A DNA stretch of 63,612 nt, counting the filler, from Choristocarpus tenellus KU-1152 (lineage: Eukaryota > Protista > Phaeophyceae): assembly GCA_964200185.2 (NCBI GenBank). It is 9 parts of 9 records of this genome, joined end to end, with 100 filler letters (N's around TTAATTAATTAA, not from the genome) between each part and the next. Parts side by side here need not be neighbours in the genome. Positions count along the whole stretch, not along the records: positions 25,877 to 28,825 come from CAXNAD020023439.1; positions 28,926 to 38,057 come from CAXNAD020003959.1; positions 38,158 to 42,655 come from CAXNAD020014282.1; 6 more parts are not named here. One strand, given 5' to 3'. Numbering within the stretch: the first letter of the stretch is position 1; each line of letters starts with the position of its first letter. A program made the translations under genes and the position numbers. Positions 26,062-38,719 of this stretch are shown piece after piece. The notes under the pieces were generated by a model, which worked only from the letters and a program-made list of their open reading frames with translations, was not told where the DNA came from and made no database searches.

Positions 26062-28579
26062 GTAACACTGCTCGACAAAAATGAAGGTTAATCTAAAAAA
26101 TTCGGATTATATGCAGAGGTTGCCAAAGATGTTGACGCAGGTTTCGATGGTATGGTCCTCAAAGAAATTATGAGGACAAGCCTGAAATACTTCATACAGT
26201 GTACTACAAGGTATCAGCCTGCATTGGTTTGTATGGTATCGTGCAGGGGCACATGTACTTGGGCACGTGTCGAATCTGTGTTTCTTTTGTGGGGGGTGGT
26301 CGCATAAATCGATCTAGGTTGTGTGGGGAACAGTGGAGCGACACATGCCCAACACGGATTACAGAAGTACATAAACAAGGCATCTACCAAAGAATTTCAA
26401 AGTCGAGGTGCATTTATGTTGCACTCGAGATTCGTGCCTATGCACGAGTTCAGGGCGTCTGGATGTTGGTGGTGAAACACTAGACAAATTACCACATGTA
26501 GGGCGATCACGTGGAATGAAAGCATGAACCAAAGTAACTAAGAGGGTACGGTCGCGTCCAAATGGGGTCCAGAATCTAATGTTGCGATTTTGATGGAATT
26601 TTGGCAATCGCGTTTTTTGGCAAGCACGAATTCCCTTGCTCTGGACACACCTTTCAGAGTCGTTTCTTTTCGATGTTGTGTTTGTATCAACAGTTGTGAA
26701 CGGCAGGTGTGTCTACTTTGGTAGCGTCTTAGAAGTTATCATAACCTGCCTGTCTAATCAATATGCGTTTTTATCTCTATTTGGTTGCAATTTGGTCGCA
26801 GTTTGAGGGCTGGGCAAACCTTTGACACAATTGATAACGTCAGGAGCACAAACACAGCAAGTGTGAGGGCTAGTCCGAGGAAAATGAAGAAAAGCGGTAG
26901 CATAGTCCTTTGTGGTGCATAGAGAAAAGAGTTGCGATAAATTGCCATGAATATTATGTCTCCGATTTTTTTAAGAATCGCATTGCTATGACAGTTTGAT
27001 CGCAATTTATGCAGTTTGTCTGTTTTTGACTTACTTATCTGACCGTTTATGTGAGATGAGAGGACAAATTCAAGGAGAAGATGCAAAACTAGTAGGAGAT
27101 AGCTGTAAGACTGGACCAAATTATTACACGGCATACGTAGTGCCACAAAGAAAGAGTTACAAATTGTCGTGAGCAATATTTAAAAAAAAACTCATTCCAA
27201 TTTCAATTTCATGTGATTTAGCTCTTTGCGTGGGTTGGACCAACCCACGTGACGTATGTTAGCAAGTGAGGCAGAACCTCAGGAAGAATACTACACAAGG
27301 AAAGAGGGATTGATCGGAGATTGAACCAAAGTCCTTTGTTGGTGTCATTGGACTAGTTGCATGTGAAGAAACAGATGCTAGAAAATGTGAAGACTATATT
27401 ATGTGAATATTTATCATGATAAAGTCGCACTTCCATGTAAATTTCATCGCCGCTTCAGTCAGTTTGTGTGGGTTGGATTAACTCACGTGAAGGATGGTAC
27501 TAAGTGAAGCATGCATACAGAAATAGACGTAGGGAACCCTAAGATGGTGCGCAGCGTGGTCAATTTTGCGGTGTGGAAAAGTGTTTACAACGTTCATGCT
27601 TCTCGCCAAAGTTGCTGTAAGTTCAGTTTGAGCTGTTCATACAGAGAAGCATGGTGAAAAAAAAAATCTGAACGCGTTCCACACCCTAAAGAGTTGCTTC
27701 AGGAAAGGGGTGGACCCAGAACGATGGTGTGAGAGCTAGGACAACTTGGAGGATAAGGACTTGGTGGAGGGCCGTTACACATCGGTGCTATACTATATAG
27801 TGGTGGGATACACCATGGCACACACATGCGGGTGTAAAAGACGCGAGCATGTTTATGTCGCACCGTTTGTCATGGGTGCTATATTGTGATAGTGTTTAAC
27901 GAGATTGGTCTTGCTGGAACGCTCCTTAACAATGGTCTGCGCAGACGATATGTTTTCATTGTACGAAATCACCTCCTGCTTTCCTTTGGAGACATGGCGA
28001 CGTTCGTTGATTAGACTGTGTCTCTCCTTTGATTGAGTGATTACTGCACGGGGTGGGGACATTGTAAACTAGACAGGGGAAACCAGTACAAGAGAGTAGA
28101 ACACGTTTTGTGTGTTCGGTCAGGTCTAGAGAGCATGGGTGGTCGCGGTCGGGTTAGATCGCTCAGGAAGGGTACACACCTGGTGTCCTCTCACGAATGA
28201 AGCCCTGTTGTCTTCATCTCTTCTCACACGCTTGGTATTCCGGGGTGTTTGAGTTCAGCGGTTAAGGGACACCAGCAGACGAGTTCGATCCTCCTACAAG
28301 GGATATTTTCTCACCTTCTAGTGTGGATCTCCTCCGATACGGTTCTGGAAGAGATTGCCCACGTACCATACGACGTTGCTTGTCGTGCTAGTGCTTATAT
28401 GGAGAAGAATGTTCTTATAGTAAAAACATGTAGGTAGGAAGTAATGTTTATATTGATGTAAGTTACACTACTCATCATGAACATAACATAAATGAACTAT
28501 TCGACCATATTTTCCTCTTTATTCTTATCATTTGGAGTTGGCTTTCAATATGAAACCCAATTGAAAATTTAACGTTGTC

Positions 28580-28825
28580 GTATATTATATTATTATGCCC
28601 TCTGACATTTTGCAGATGTGTCAGGGGGGAAACCAATGAAAACTATATATATATATGTGTCGTTATTAGCCCTAAAGAAATCTAATATAGTGGTGAAATA
28701 TCCTAAACATAAGAACACTATTAAACATTGTAAGTGTGGAAACCACTAATCAGTTACTTCACCACTATAAAATATTATACTGTCTTCCTTAGCTTCCCAT
28801 CTACCTACTCCTGTGCCCCGGGGGG
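28580..28825 (-). mobile_element. 3' UTR fragment of RLE-type non-LTR retrotransposon
   Basis: Reverse complement matches 42260-42482 (cccccgggggcgcaggagtaggtag ... ccctgacacatctgcaaaatgtcagagggcataataat). Confidence 0.75.
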
Positions 28826-28925
28826 NNNNNNNNNNNNNNNNNNNNNNNNNNNNNNNNNNNNNNNNNNNNTTAATTAATTAANNNNNNNNNNNNNNNNNNN
28901 NNNNNNNNNNNNNNNNNNNNNNNNN

Positions 28926-29002
28926 AAATAACCCAAAAATTGCGACATGAAAAAATTGACCCCAAATGGACAGCCGCCACCCCCTCCCAGATACTTTGAG
29001 TC
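28926..29002. mobile_element. MITE family A, partial
   Basis: ggacagccgccaccccctcccagatactttgagtc. Other partial copies at contig edges: 38031-38057, 42756-42902, 57871-57891, 57992-58046. Confidence 0.8.
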
Positions 29003-29344
29003 GTAGGTCTTAGCAACATATTAAAGATCAGGTAGGACAAGCAGAATGAATGATGGTGGATAAATATATTTTTAAGGACATTCTCCAGTACATGCTTTGA
29101 AAGCACTCCTATCTTGGAAGGGGGTCTACTTGGACCATCTTGAGTATTCATGCATTTAAAAACACTCTCCCTGATACCCCGTTCCCATTCCCGAATCCCT
29201 GCTAACTCTAGTTGGGAACTGTGATCCTAGAAGAGAAGATAAATATTTTCCTCCACATAGTGTGAAATCATCGCACTGAGTACTAGAAGCACATGTACAT
29301 GGAGGCCATCACAAGGGGGGGAAAACACTCAACCACACACCCCT

Positions 29345-32300
29345 CTAAGATAGGACAGCTCTTGCCTGCATTTGAACATTCTTGATCAATGTGTTTGTTT
29401 GTTCCTGCTGTGCCTGTGCCTCTTCCACTCTTCTCGACAGTCGTTCAGCCCACCTCCTCATATCCTCATACAGAGTGTCAGCCTTGTCGTTCTGTGACCT
29501 GCTGAGCGATTCTAATTGCTCTCTGAACTCCGCACTCTTATCAATCAAGGACTGTGAAAGTGCTTGTCTCCTCTCCTTTTCCTCTTCCTGGGCACTCTTC
29601 AACGCCTCCAATTCGTCCAGTGTATGCTGACCCTGGACCTCCCGCCATGACATCATCTCAAGAGTCAACTTCCTCATATCCTCATGCAGATTGTCAGCCT
29701 CGTCGTTCTGAGATTTGTCAAGTGACTCTAATTGCTCTCTAAATTCCGCACTCTTATCAATCAAGGACTGTGAAAGAGCTTCCCTCCACTCCTTTTCCTC
29801 TTCCTGGTCACTCTTCAATACCTCCAACTCGTCCAGTGTATGCTGAACATGGGCCTCCAACCTTGACTCCATCTCAACAGCCAACTTCCTCATATCTTCA
29901 TGCAGAGTGTCAGTCTCGTCATGATGTGATTTGTTGAGTGATTCTAATTGCTCTCTAAACTCTTCACTCTTATCAATCAAGGATTGTGAAAGAGCTTCCC
30001 TCCTCTCCTTTTCCTCTTCCTGGGCACTCTTCAATGCCTCCAACTCGTCTAGTGTATGCTGACCCTTGGCCTCTGTGCTTGTCTCCACATCAAGAGTCAA
30101 CTTTGTCATATCCTCATGCAGATTTTCAGCCTCGTTGTGACGTGATCTATTGAGTGACTCTAATTGCTCTCTAAACTCCACACTCTTATCAATCAAGGAC
30201 TGTGAAAGAGCTTCCCTCCACTCCTTTTCCTCTTCCTGGTCACTCTTCAATACCTCCAACTCGTCCAGTGTATGCTGACCATGGGCCTCCAACCTTGACT
30301 CCATCTCAACAGCCAACTTCCTTATATCCTCATGCAGAATGTCAGCCTCGTCATGATGTGATCTGTCAAGTGATTCTAATTGCTCTCTGAACTCCGCACT
30401 CTTATCAATCAAGGACTGTGAAAGAGCTTCCCTCCACTCCTTTTCCTCTTCCTGGACACTCTTCAATGCCTCCAACTCGGCCAGTGTATGCTGGCCCTGG
30501 GCCTCCAACCTTGACTTCATCTCAAGAGTCAAGTTCGTCATATCTTCATGCAGATTGTAAGCCTCGTCATTATGTGATCTGTCAAGTGATTCATATTGCT
30601 CTCTGAACTCCGCACTCTTATCAATCAAGGACTGTGAAAGTGCTTGCCCCCTCTCCTTTTCCTCTTCCTGGGCACTCTTCAATGCCTCCAACTCGGCCAG
30701 TGTATGCTGGCCCTGGGCCTCCAACCTTGACTTCATCTCAAGAGTCAATTTCCTCATATCTTCACGCAGATTGTCAGCCTCATGGTGATGTGATCTGTTG
30801 AGTGATTCTAATTGCGCTCTGAACTCCTCACTCTTATCAATCAAGGCCTGTGAAAGTGCTTGCCCTCTCTCCTTTTCCTCTTCCTGGTCACTCTTCAATG
30901 CCTCCAACTCGTCCAGTGTATGCTGGCCCTGGGCCTCCAACCTTGACTCTATCGCAACAGCCAACTTCCTCTTTTCCTCATGTAGAGTCTCAGCCTTGTC
31001 ATAATGTGATTTGCTGAGCGATTCTAATTTCTCTCTGAACTCCTCACTCTTATCAATCAAGGACTGTGAAAGAGCTTGCATCCTCTCCTTTTCCTCTTCC
31101 TGGGCACTCTTCAATGCCTCTAATTCGTCGAGTGTACGACCCTGGACCTCCTGCCTTGACTCCGACTCACGAACCAACTTGTTGTGATGTGATCTGTCGA
31201 GTGATTCTAATTTCTTTTTAAACTCTTCGCTCTTATCAGCCAATGCCTGTGAAAGAGCTTCCCTCCCCTCCCTTTCCTCTTCCTGGGCACTCTTCAATGC
31301 CTTCAACTTGTCCAGTGTATGCTGACCCTGGACCTTCCTCCTCGACTCCACAGCAACAATAGCATCCCTAGCACCTTCTTCGGCTCCCTTGAGCTATGAT
31401 ATGGTTGTTGAAGGACCAAGTGGGGGAAGGGAGAAATACGAGACAAATGGTGGATATCTTGACCATATATTAAGGGCACTTTGAAGTTTGACGAACACAA
31501 GATTCTATTATTTGGTCATGATGACGGCCCTCGCAATGGCAGAGCTGTGGACAATTCTCCGTGCTGAGGAGCAAGGGTTTGGTGCATCAAAATCACCTGT
31601 TCCTTGATAACCCTGACCAGTGCCTCCAACTCATCGGTTCTGTGCACACATTTTGTCCAGGTCCGTTCAATATCCGTTGAGACCCGAACAAACTGTATCT
31701 TCAGTTCTGCCAAGGAGATAACAACAGAGGCATGACATTGCCAGTATGAGACTTTGAAAACTATTGGACAGAAATGCATTGTCCTAACATGAACAAGTGC
31801 TGTTTCACATCATCCTCCCTCTCCAAGCAGATCCCAAGCTTGGGCTGGTTACACCATGAAGATTGGACTAAATGAAGACTTACGAAATTCAGCTGTGGCT
31901 CCACTTTTTGGCATCCTTGTGTAATCACAATTTGACTCGCCTTGTTGGTTACATGCCTTGTTGCACAGTACGCACATTAAGAATATGGGCATGAAATCAG
32001 GTCAAACACGCCTTGAAGTACCTAATAACCCTAGAATTGAAACTTCTTTCTAAAAAGAAAAGACCTTAAACATCTCAAAAAACAGTGTACTATAAATTGG
32101 TGACCCAAAGTATTTAAGAGGGTAGGAGTTTTGCCCTGTTTGTCCGTTTGGAGCTTGACTTCCCATGGGTTTTTCTGGCCTTTTTCGGTTTTCGAAACAA
32201 TTCGGAGTAGGTAAAATGTATTCGACTATGAAAGGTGTGTCCGAAGCAAGGATATTGACACTTGCTAACAAATACAATAGCCAAAATTAAATCAAAATCG

Positions 32301-35300
32301 TAACATTGGATTTGACCCAAAGTATCTGGGAGGGGGAGGAGGTCTACACCAGGGTGTCCATTTGGCCCAAAATCAGGAAAAGTGCACTTACATTATATCC
32401 ATCCGACGTATGCAACCAAATCAACCAAAAATGGCGGCATGAAAAAATTGACCCCAAATGGACAGCCGCCACCCCCCCTCAAATACTTTGGGTCTTTTGG
32501 ACCCCAAATGAACAGGGCCCTATCCTCTTAACTGTTACTCAGTGTGGCCCACATATTGGTGACTTTCACTAATGGAATATTTAATGTCCCTGCAAATATG
32601 ATGTTGTGCTGTTGATGGTGCAGACTGAGGTACAAATATGCTGCTGATCAATCAGTCAAGACCTATAATATATCTATGCAGACCTCAGGCTTCAAACATG
32701 AGCACTTGAAGATTTGAAATTGACCCTGTGTAGTAATATTCATACATCCCTCGTCCATTCCTCCAGTCTGACTCCAACATTCAAGAAAAGTGGTGTCAAT
32801 TCAACATTGGAAGGTGGAGGACAACTCGCCCTTCCATTGCTATCACCCCACTGTGTATCTTTATCTTGTTTTCTGCCCATTCATTTCCCTCCTCTTCAAC
32901 ATTGTTTTTAGTGCATATAACAACAACTAGATCCTCCACTAGCTCATCCCTCAGGCATTGCACATTTTTTCTGCTCTCCTCAGGAGTGTGGCTCTGAAAT
33001 TGCAGCTTCTACATCTCATCATCTTCATCAGAATCCACGGTGTCACACAATAATCCAGGTAGGTATTGTCCATATACCAATCTTTGTGGTAAGTGAAGCG
33101 TGATAGCTCAGTATGAGATTAAAAATTGACATCAATTTTTCGCTATGCATGCCATGACCGAGTTATGCCAATCACTGTAAAGGGTATACATAACTTAATT
33201 TTTAACACCCTTGCCATGACATGTCTGCTCATGTTTAGGCCTCTCCGGGCATTCTGACCCTAAACGGATATTGAGGCACAAAATCGATGCAAAGTTTGTC
33301 CACGACCTGATACGCCATACTGACCAACATAAATTTTTAGTATGTGACACAGGGTGGGACCATCACTTTATCCTTACACTTGATTACTTAAAAAAAAAAC
33401 AGTGTGAGAATGGCAGGAGTCAGACCCATCAAGAACTACCTGATATGCTCTCCTCCAGTTTTCCCACAACAATATGTGAATTTTTCTCCTCCTGCGCCTC
33501 AGTCAGTTGTGATCGTACCTGGAGTTTGTTTCATCAAAGACTAAATTGAATTGATCTGAAAGAATTTTCCCCACTGAACAATAATGACAGAAGTACCGCA
33601 CATGAAAGACAAAGCCAAAATTTGACTTTAAAACCATGAGTGCATTCCGTCTAAAACAATAGATGTGCTTATTTACTCAATTCATCTACCTTAAGTGCGC
33701 CTTCCTTCTCACAGTGAAAATTATCATTCTTGCATGTCCATTCGTAGATGCTCTGTTACCCTGCTAGGTCCAAGGTCACCTCAAATGACAACTTATGCCA
33801 ACGCACAAGGCTCTTGAATAGCTCTTGAATAGCTCTTGAATACCCTTTCTCTTACCTTCATGAAGTACTCTCCAACCTCATTTCTAACCTCATTTCTAAC
33901 CTCAGTTGTAAGGCGAGTCACCCTCTCCTCCACTTCCACACAGTGGGCTCTTAACCCAGCAACTGTTTGCACCATCCCCTCTCTGTCGCTCTCCATTGTG
34001 ACGGCCTGGGCTTCAGCAATACGAACAGCATTTCTCCTACGAGCTGTGATTTCTGCTGATAGGGCATCCTGAGGAATGAGACTTTGTTGTTAGAATCACT
34101 TGCGACACTAGCACAGACCTTGTATGGCATCACTAGCCCCTTAGCTCGTGGGTAGTTCTCTCCAGTTAGCATTTGAGCAAAAGGAAATTGATTGAGCATG
34201 GCATGTATGCCAAAATCTCTAATGGCCTACTGCTAGTTTGTGCGCTTGAAACAGAGAGTAGATTTGATGGTAAGAATTAATATCTCAATCCCTTCGGCAT
34301 AGATAGTACATGCTAGTTTGCGCGCAGATCTATCTATCATGCAATTCTTCTCTATGCCTTGAACAAACAGGAAGGGAGAAGAAGGGGCCGTTCGCCATTT
34401 TATAATTTCTGTCATCCTGGCAAGGGTAGAATCACTCTAAGCACCACAAGGGCAATTGCCTGAAGGTCATAGGGAGTGGATGAGAGAAATGTTTGCAGTT
34501 TTTTTTTCTATCTTCACTCAATGAGTAGATGGACCATGATAGTTAACCCTAACCCTAACTCCTTGCCCAATCAATAGTAGCTTCGCATACTCTGCCGACG
34601 CATTGGGGTGTGCCATGAGGGGCCCACAAGAGTGATTTACCATAATGGTGCTCTTCATCATATAAAATGCCGTTGACTAAGCTTGCTTGTTTGTTCAACC
34701 TTTGCAATGTAACTTTGGAGACGAGTATCTGCAGTATTGAATCGATGCTCTCAACTTTCGAGCTCAGTTTGTATGTTGTGTGAAGCTATAGATGGCCTCT
34801 TTACATAACAAAATTAGAATTAGAGACAGTGTACAACTAAAAATCATTACAATACCTAACATCCATGAAGCAGCTTTGTGAAGAAAAAAAAAAGAAAAGA
34901 AAAAAAGAAAATAAAATGGAAGTGCAAGAAAATGGATCTCAGTTTGTGTGCTGAACTACCCCCACATAGCTATGCAAGAGAGTCAATCTCAGTGTCTGTT
35001 CCCTATTTCAAAATGTGTCCTTGCAACTGCCAAACCTTCCAGGAATTTCAAGGCAAATAACAATGCTCTGGACTATATATATATGTATGTATGTCTATCT
35101 TTGCATATGACACCTAGCCCCAACCTTAACCCTAACGTTTTCTGTCCTCTGCAAAACTCATACAAAAAAAGAAGATGAATGGTCAAGCTGCTTGAGACCT
35201 AGGGTTGGAGTTAGAGCCATTGTTGAACCAAATACCAATCCCACCTGGAGCTCTAAAAACTGGGTCTGTGTCGCTTCCTGGGCAGAAGAAGTACTGCTGT

Positions 35301-37730
35301 GCAAGGCATCCACACTTGCCGCTAATGCTCTCATCTCCATTGATGTGTCCATTTGAGATATCTGAACTCAAATAGGGTGGCATGTGCAAGGGGAAAGATG
35401 GAAAAGAAATACAGAGTTGGCACACATATACATGCATGTGATAATCAGTTTGACCGTATGCTGTGTATATCACGCAGGTATGCCATGTGCTGGAGATACA
35501 CCCCTAAATATCTGGAAAGTCGCAGGTAGTGAAGTGCTTTCGATGGTGCCACTCCCTCAAATATCATGTAGTTGTAGTGCATGCACTCAGGCCTGCAAAT
35601 AAATCATTGCCTACTATGAAAAAATTATATATTTTTGTCTGAACGGAGTACTCAGTTGCCTTTTTTTAGTTGTGGAACAACCTTATCCACAAGAGAAGAG
35701 TATGATGCTGTGGATTTGAGTCTATAAGCCAGTGGTGAATGATAATTATTTATAAACACCCTATCATGAAAGTACTCACAGCGCAATCAGCTACACAATT
35801 TCAATTTTTTAAAACTCAGCAAACTGCTGTTGGGTAGGCTATGTGGATATGCCCAAAGCATAGTTGCGCTACACTTAATATCTAGTACTTGCTCAAAATT
35901 TTACCCTCAAGAACCGCTTGAGAGGTGATGATGTGTTAGATCCAGTTCAAAGGTGTCCAACTCCTCATTCATGCCTTGATAAATGAGGATACAGTTCAAT
36001 TACCCAGCAGGAGAGGGAGGCTGGTGCCATGGAATGAGACCCACTTGAATCCATTCTTTGTTTCTCCAGTCTATAACTTCCCCTTTTCCTTTGTACCAAA
36101 CCCTCTGTGACCCCAACCCTAGCCCTAACACACTGCCCCCTGGAGACACTCTAGCTGCTGGCTTGGCCTTCAACCTATATCTCCATCAGAGTTACTCAGC
36201 AATAAGAAAATCAATGGGTCAAATTTTGGAGAACCAAAGAAATGTTAGACACCCCTCACTTCATGTTATGCTACAGCAGCAATCAGTCGTTGCTACCATT
36301 GGTAGATGATTGCTGAACAAGATGGGAGCCATGATGATCCTTCTCCACAACGTACATTTATACTCACCATTTCAAAGCACTCTTTCTGAGACCCTGCCAA
36401 ACATGCAAGATCAGATGTCCTTCTGCACTGTGGACACTGACCGCACAAAACGGTCACCCCAGAACTCCTGGCTCAAAAACACTGGTTTTGTGTTGGATCC
36501 AATAATATATGTGTCAACTCCTGCTCGATCCCTTACAGGCTATCTTTTCATAAATGGCCTATTCTCTGGAGGGGATACAGCAACACAACCGATAAACTTG
36601 CTAGGTCCTTGCAGTCCTTGCCTCAGAGCGAAGTGCATTGATTTCCTCTTCCATAGCCTTGAAGCTCCCATTGACCATTGCCGCAAGTCTACCCTCCACC
36701 ACTTCAATCCTTCCTCTGAGCACAGATACCCCATGTGGAGCAGTATTACTTTCTACTGCATGCTTTGCCCTCTTGCCTGTTGCCTCCAACACCTCCAGTA
36801 CAACATATTTTTTTCAAGCAAGAATGGATTCAAACTCAGGGGATGGCAAAATGTTATGGTTGGGCAAAGAGTGTATGCGGACCTATCAATGCCTTCTGAA
36901 AATATGTTTTCCCTGGAATAGCGTGTGTCCAAGAGCAAAGCCATTGATTGTTATGAGCATCTCTATTCTAACCTTACAAATGACCACCACCTTACCTCAG
37001 TAAGTATTGAAGATCGCATATCTTCCACCTGTGCAGTTGCAAAGACCTGAGGGACTTGCCAGCATTGCAAAAAGGGGTGGTTTCAGTCATGACCATTTCG
37101 ATTCCTTAGAGGAGCTTAGTGTTTAATGCCAGTCCTGACCACTGTGCCTCAGTTTGAGCAATGCTAACCTAGATGTTGGTGTTCAAAAGCATCAACAAGA
37201 TGCGACTTGGAGTTGGCACAGAATATATTACACTAACACGAGACCCAAACCAATTGAGAAGTAGGCAGGGTCGCATATTAAGGGCCATGAGAAAGGGAAG
37301 AAAGATCCCATTCTGTACAATTGCAGAGAAAGAACATTTCCTGATTTGTGACGTCACTTTGTGTGTGGAAAGAGGGAATATCAATTTTGCGCACACTATT
37401 GTGCACATAGCATAATGAAATAGATTGTATTGCACAGTGTAAGAAAGATGACTTAGACTGCAAAAGGGTCCGAACTTGCCTACCTCTCAATTGGTTTGGC
37501 TAACGATTTTGAACTCATCATCACAAGCGAGAAGATCTTGCCTCGAGTTTCCCGATCTTGTGTTGCACTCTCTTTCCCTCCTCAATTAGTTCCATCCTAA
37601 CGTTCTCCATTTCTCTTGTCATAGCTGCTAGTGCCTCATGAGCTCTCCTACTCCTGTTCTCATCAGACTGCATTCTTGTCCTAGCCTCCTCTTCCAGGTT
37701 CCTAAGCTGATTGTTGAGCAGCTTGCAGTC
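29345..37730 (-). CDS. Uncharacterised long coiled-coil protein (multi-exon, partial) with a 72-aa tandem-repeat exon
   Basis: Phase-consistent exons on the minus strand: 37730-37542, 36792-36622, 35361-35245, 34068-33856, 33518-33440, 31706-31597, 31393-29366 (or to the stop at 29345). All encode E/K/R/L/A-rich helical peptide. Confidence 0.8.
29420..31340 (-). repeat. Coding tandem repeat, 9 units of 216 bp (72 aa)
   Basis: Consensus EAQGQHTLDELEALKSAQEEEKERREALSQSLIDKSAEFREQLESLDRSHHDEADNLHEDMRKLTLEMKSRL; antisense ORF starts at 29554, 30202 and 30418 differ by multiples of 216. Confidence 0.95.
32102..32540. mobile_element. MITE family B interrupted by a nested family A element
   Basis: B sequence runs 32102-32313 and resumes at 32495 (ttttggaccccaaatg...ttactc). 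Confidence 0.8.
32314..32494. mobile_element. MITE family A, nested, TSD ttt/ttt
   Basis: GACCCAAAGTATCTGGG ... AAATACTTTGGGTC. Confidence 0.88.
37242..37501. mobile_element. MITE family D
   Basis: GACCCAAACCAATTGAGAAGTAGGCA ... TGCCTACCTCTCAATTGGTTTGGCT. Confidence 0.75.
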
Positions 37731-38157
37731 CTTCATATAACAAAATCAATATCGAGTGGTTGGGGTACAAAATGCTTTGGCCTGTGGTCCCTGGACTCCA
37801 CGATAAGTTTTTTCTAGGAATTTATTGCTTCTTTCTTACATCTCCCGATTCCTTCATAATGTAACACTGCTATACTGACAAGTAATCTGGAGTACAATCC
37901 ACCCCGAAGACAGAGGGAATGGAGTTGAATTAGTAGTAGCCATGCCTACGTTCAGAAGCAAGGTTCATCATTCAAAAAGCAACACCACCACCAATAGAGT
38001 AGCCTGGATGACACACTGAGCAAATGCAGTGACCCAAAGTGTCTGGGGGGGGGCGGGNNNNNNNNNNNNNNNNNNNNNNNNNNNNNNNNNNNNNNNNNNN
38101 NTTAATTAATTAANNNNNNNNNNNNNNNNNNNNNNNNNNNNNNNNNNNNNNNNNNNN

Positions 38158-38303
38158 GGGCATCCGTTTCGGTCAAACAACTCTTTTTTTTTTTGATTTT
38201 TCAAATCCGACACATGCGACCAAATCACACCAAAAAGGTGAAAATCGAAAAAAGGGTGAAAAACGGACGCCGATACTCCCCTTTCCCCCAGATACTTTGA
38301 CCC
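38158..38303. mobile_element. MITE family A-variant (E), partial
   Basis: Ends CCCCAGATACTTTGACCC; internal similarity to family A and to 18017-18068. Confidence 0.65.
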
Positions 38304-38719
38304 TGAAGAAAATGCATGTAGAAAGCGCACACATTTTGGACTAACCGCTCGAGTGTTAATGGGGATATGACTGGCAACTTCTACACAGCTTCATCTCTAG
38401 TGGCAACATCTGCAATCAAATTGATTTTAAAATTTTGTCTCTAGTGACTGGAATTTCCATGGAAACGAGCCCGTCTCTCTAACTAGAAAATCAATATGCC
38501 TTGTAATGTAGATTCACAACTTCACAAAATCAAGGTAAGAGACTACATAGTGTGCCCCCCCCCTTGCCTACGTACCACCTATACCCCTCTTACTACTATT
38601 AGTATCTTGTATGCTTTGTGCAACATATTCAATGCCACACTGATGATTATCGTCAACTACAGAGGATCCAAACATACCAGAAGGCCTTGCCAAGACTGTA
38701 TCCAAGACTGAGGGGAAGA

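Noticed and set aside
27303-27356. tRNA/SINE-like fragment on the minus strand (tagtccaatg...ggttcaatctcc)
   Set aside because: Only loose A/B-box resemblance; no cloverleaf and no second copy seen
29382-31004. Repeated plus-strand ORFs (MKELPSTPFPLPGHSS...)
   Set aside because: Antisense shadows of the 216-bp coding repeat
32930-33030. Possible extra exon of the coiled-coil gene (KLQFQSHTPEESRKNVQCLRDELVEDL)
   Set aside because: No phase-compatible splice sites found, and the flanking exons join correctly without it
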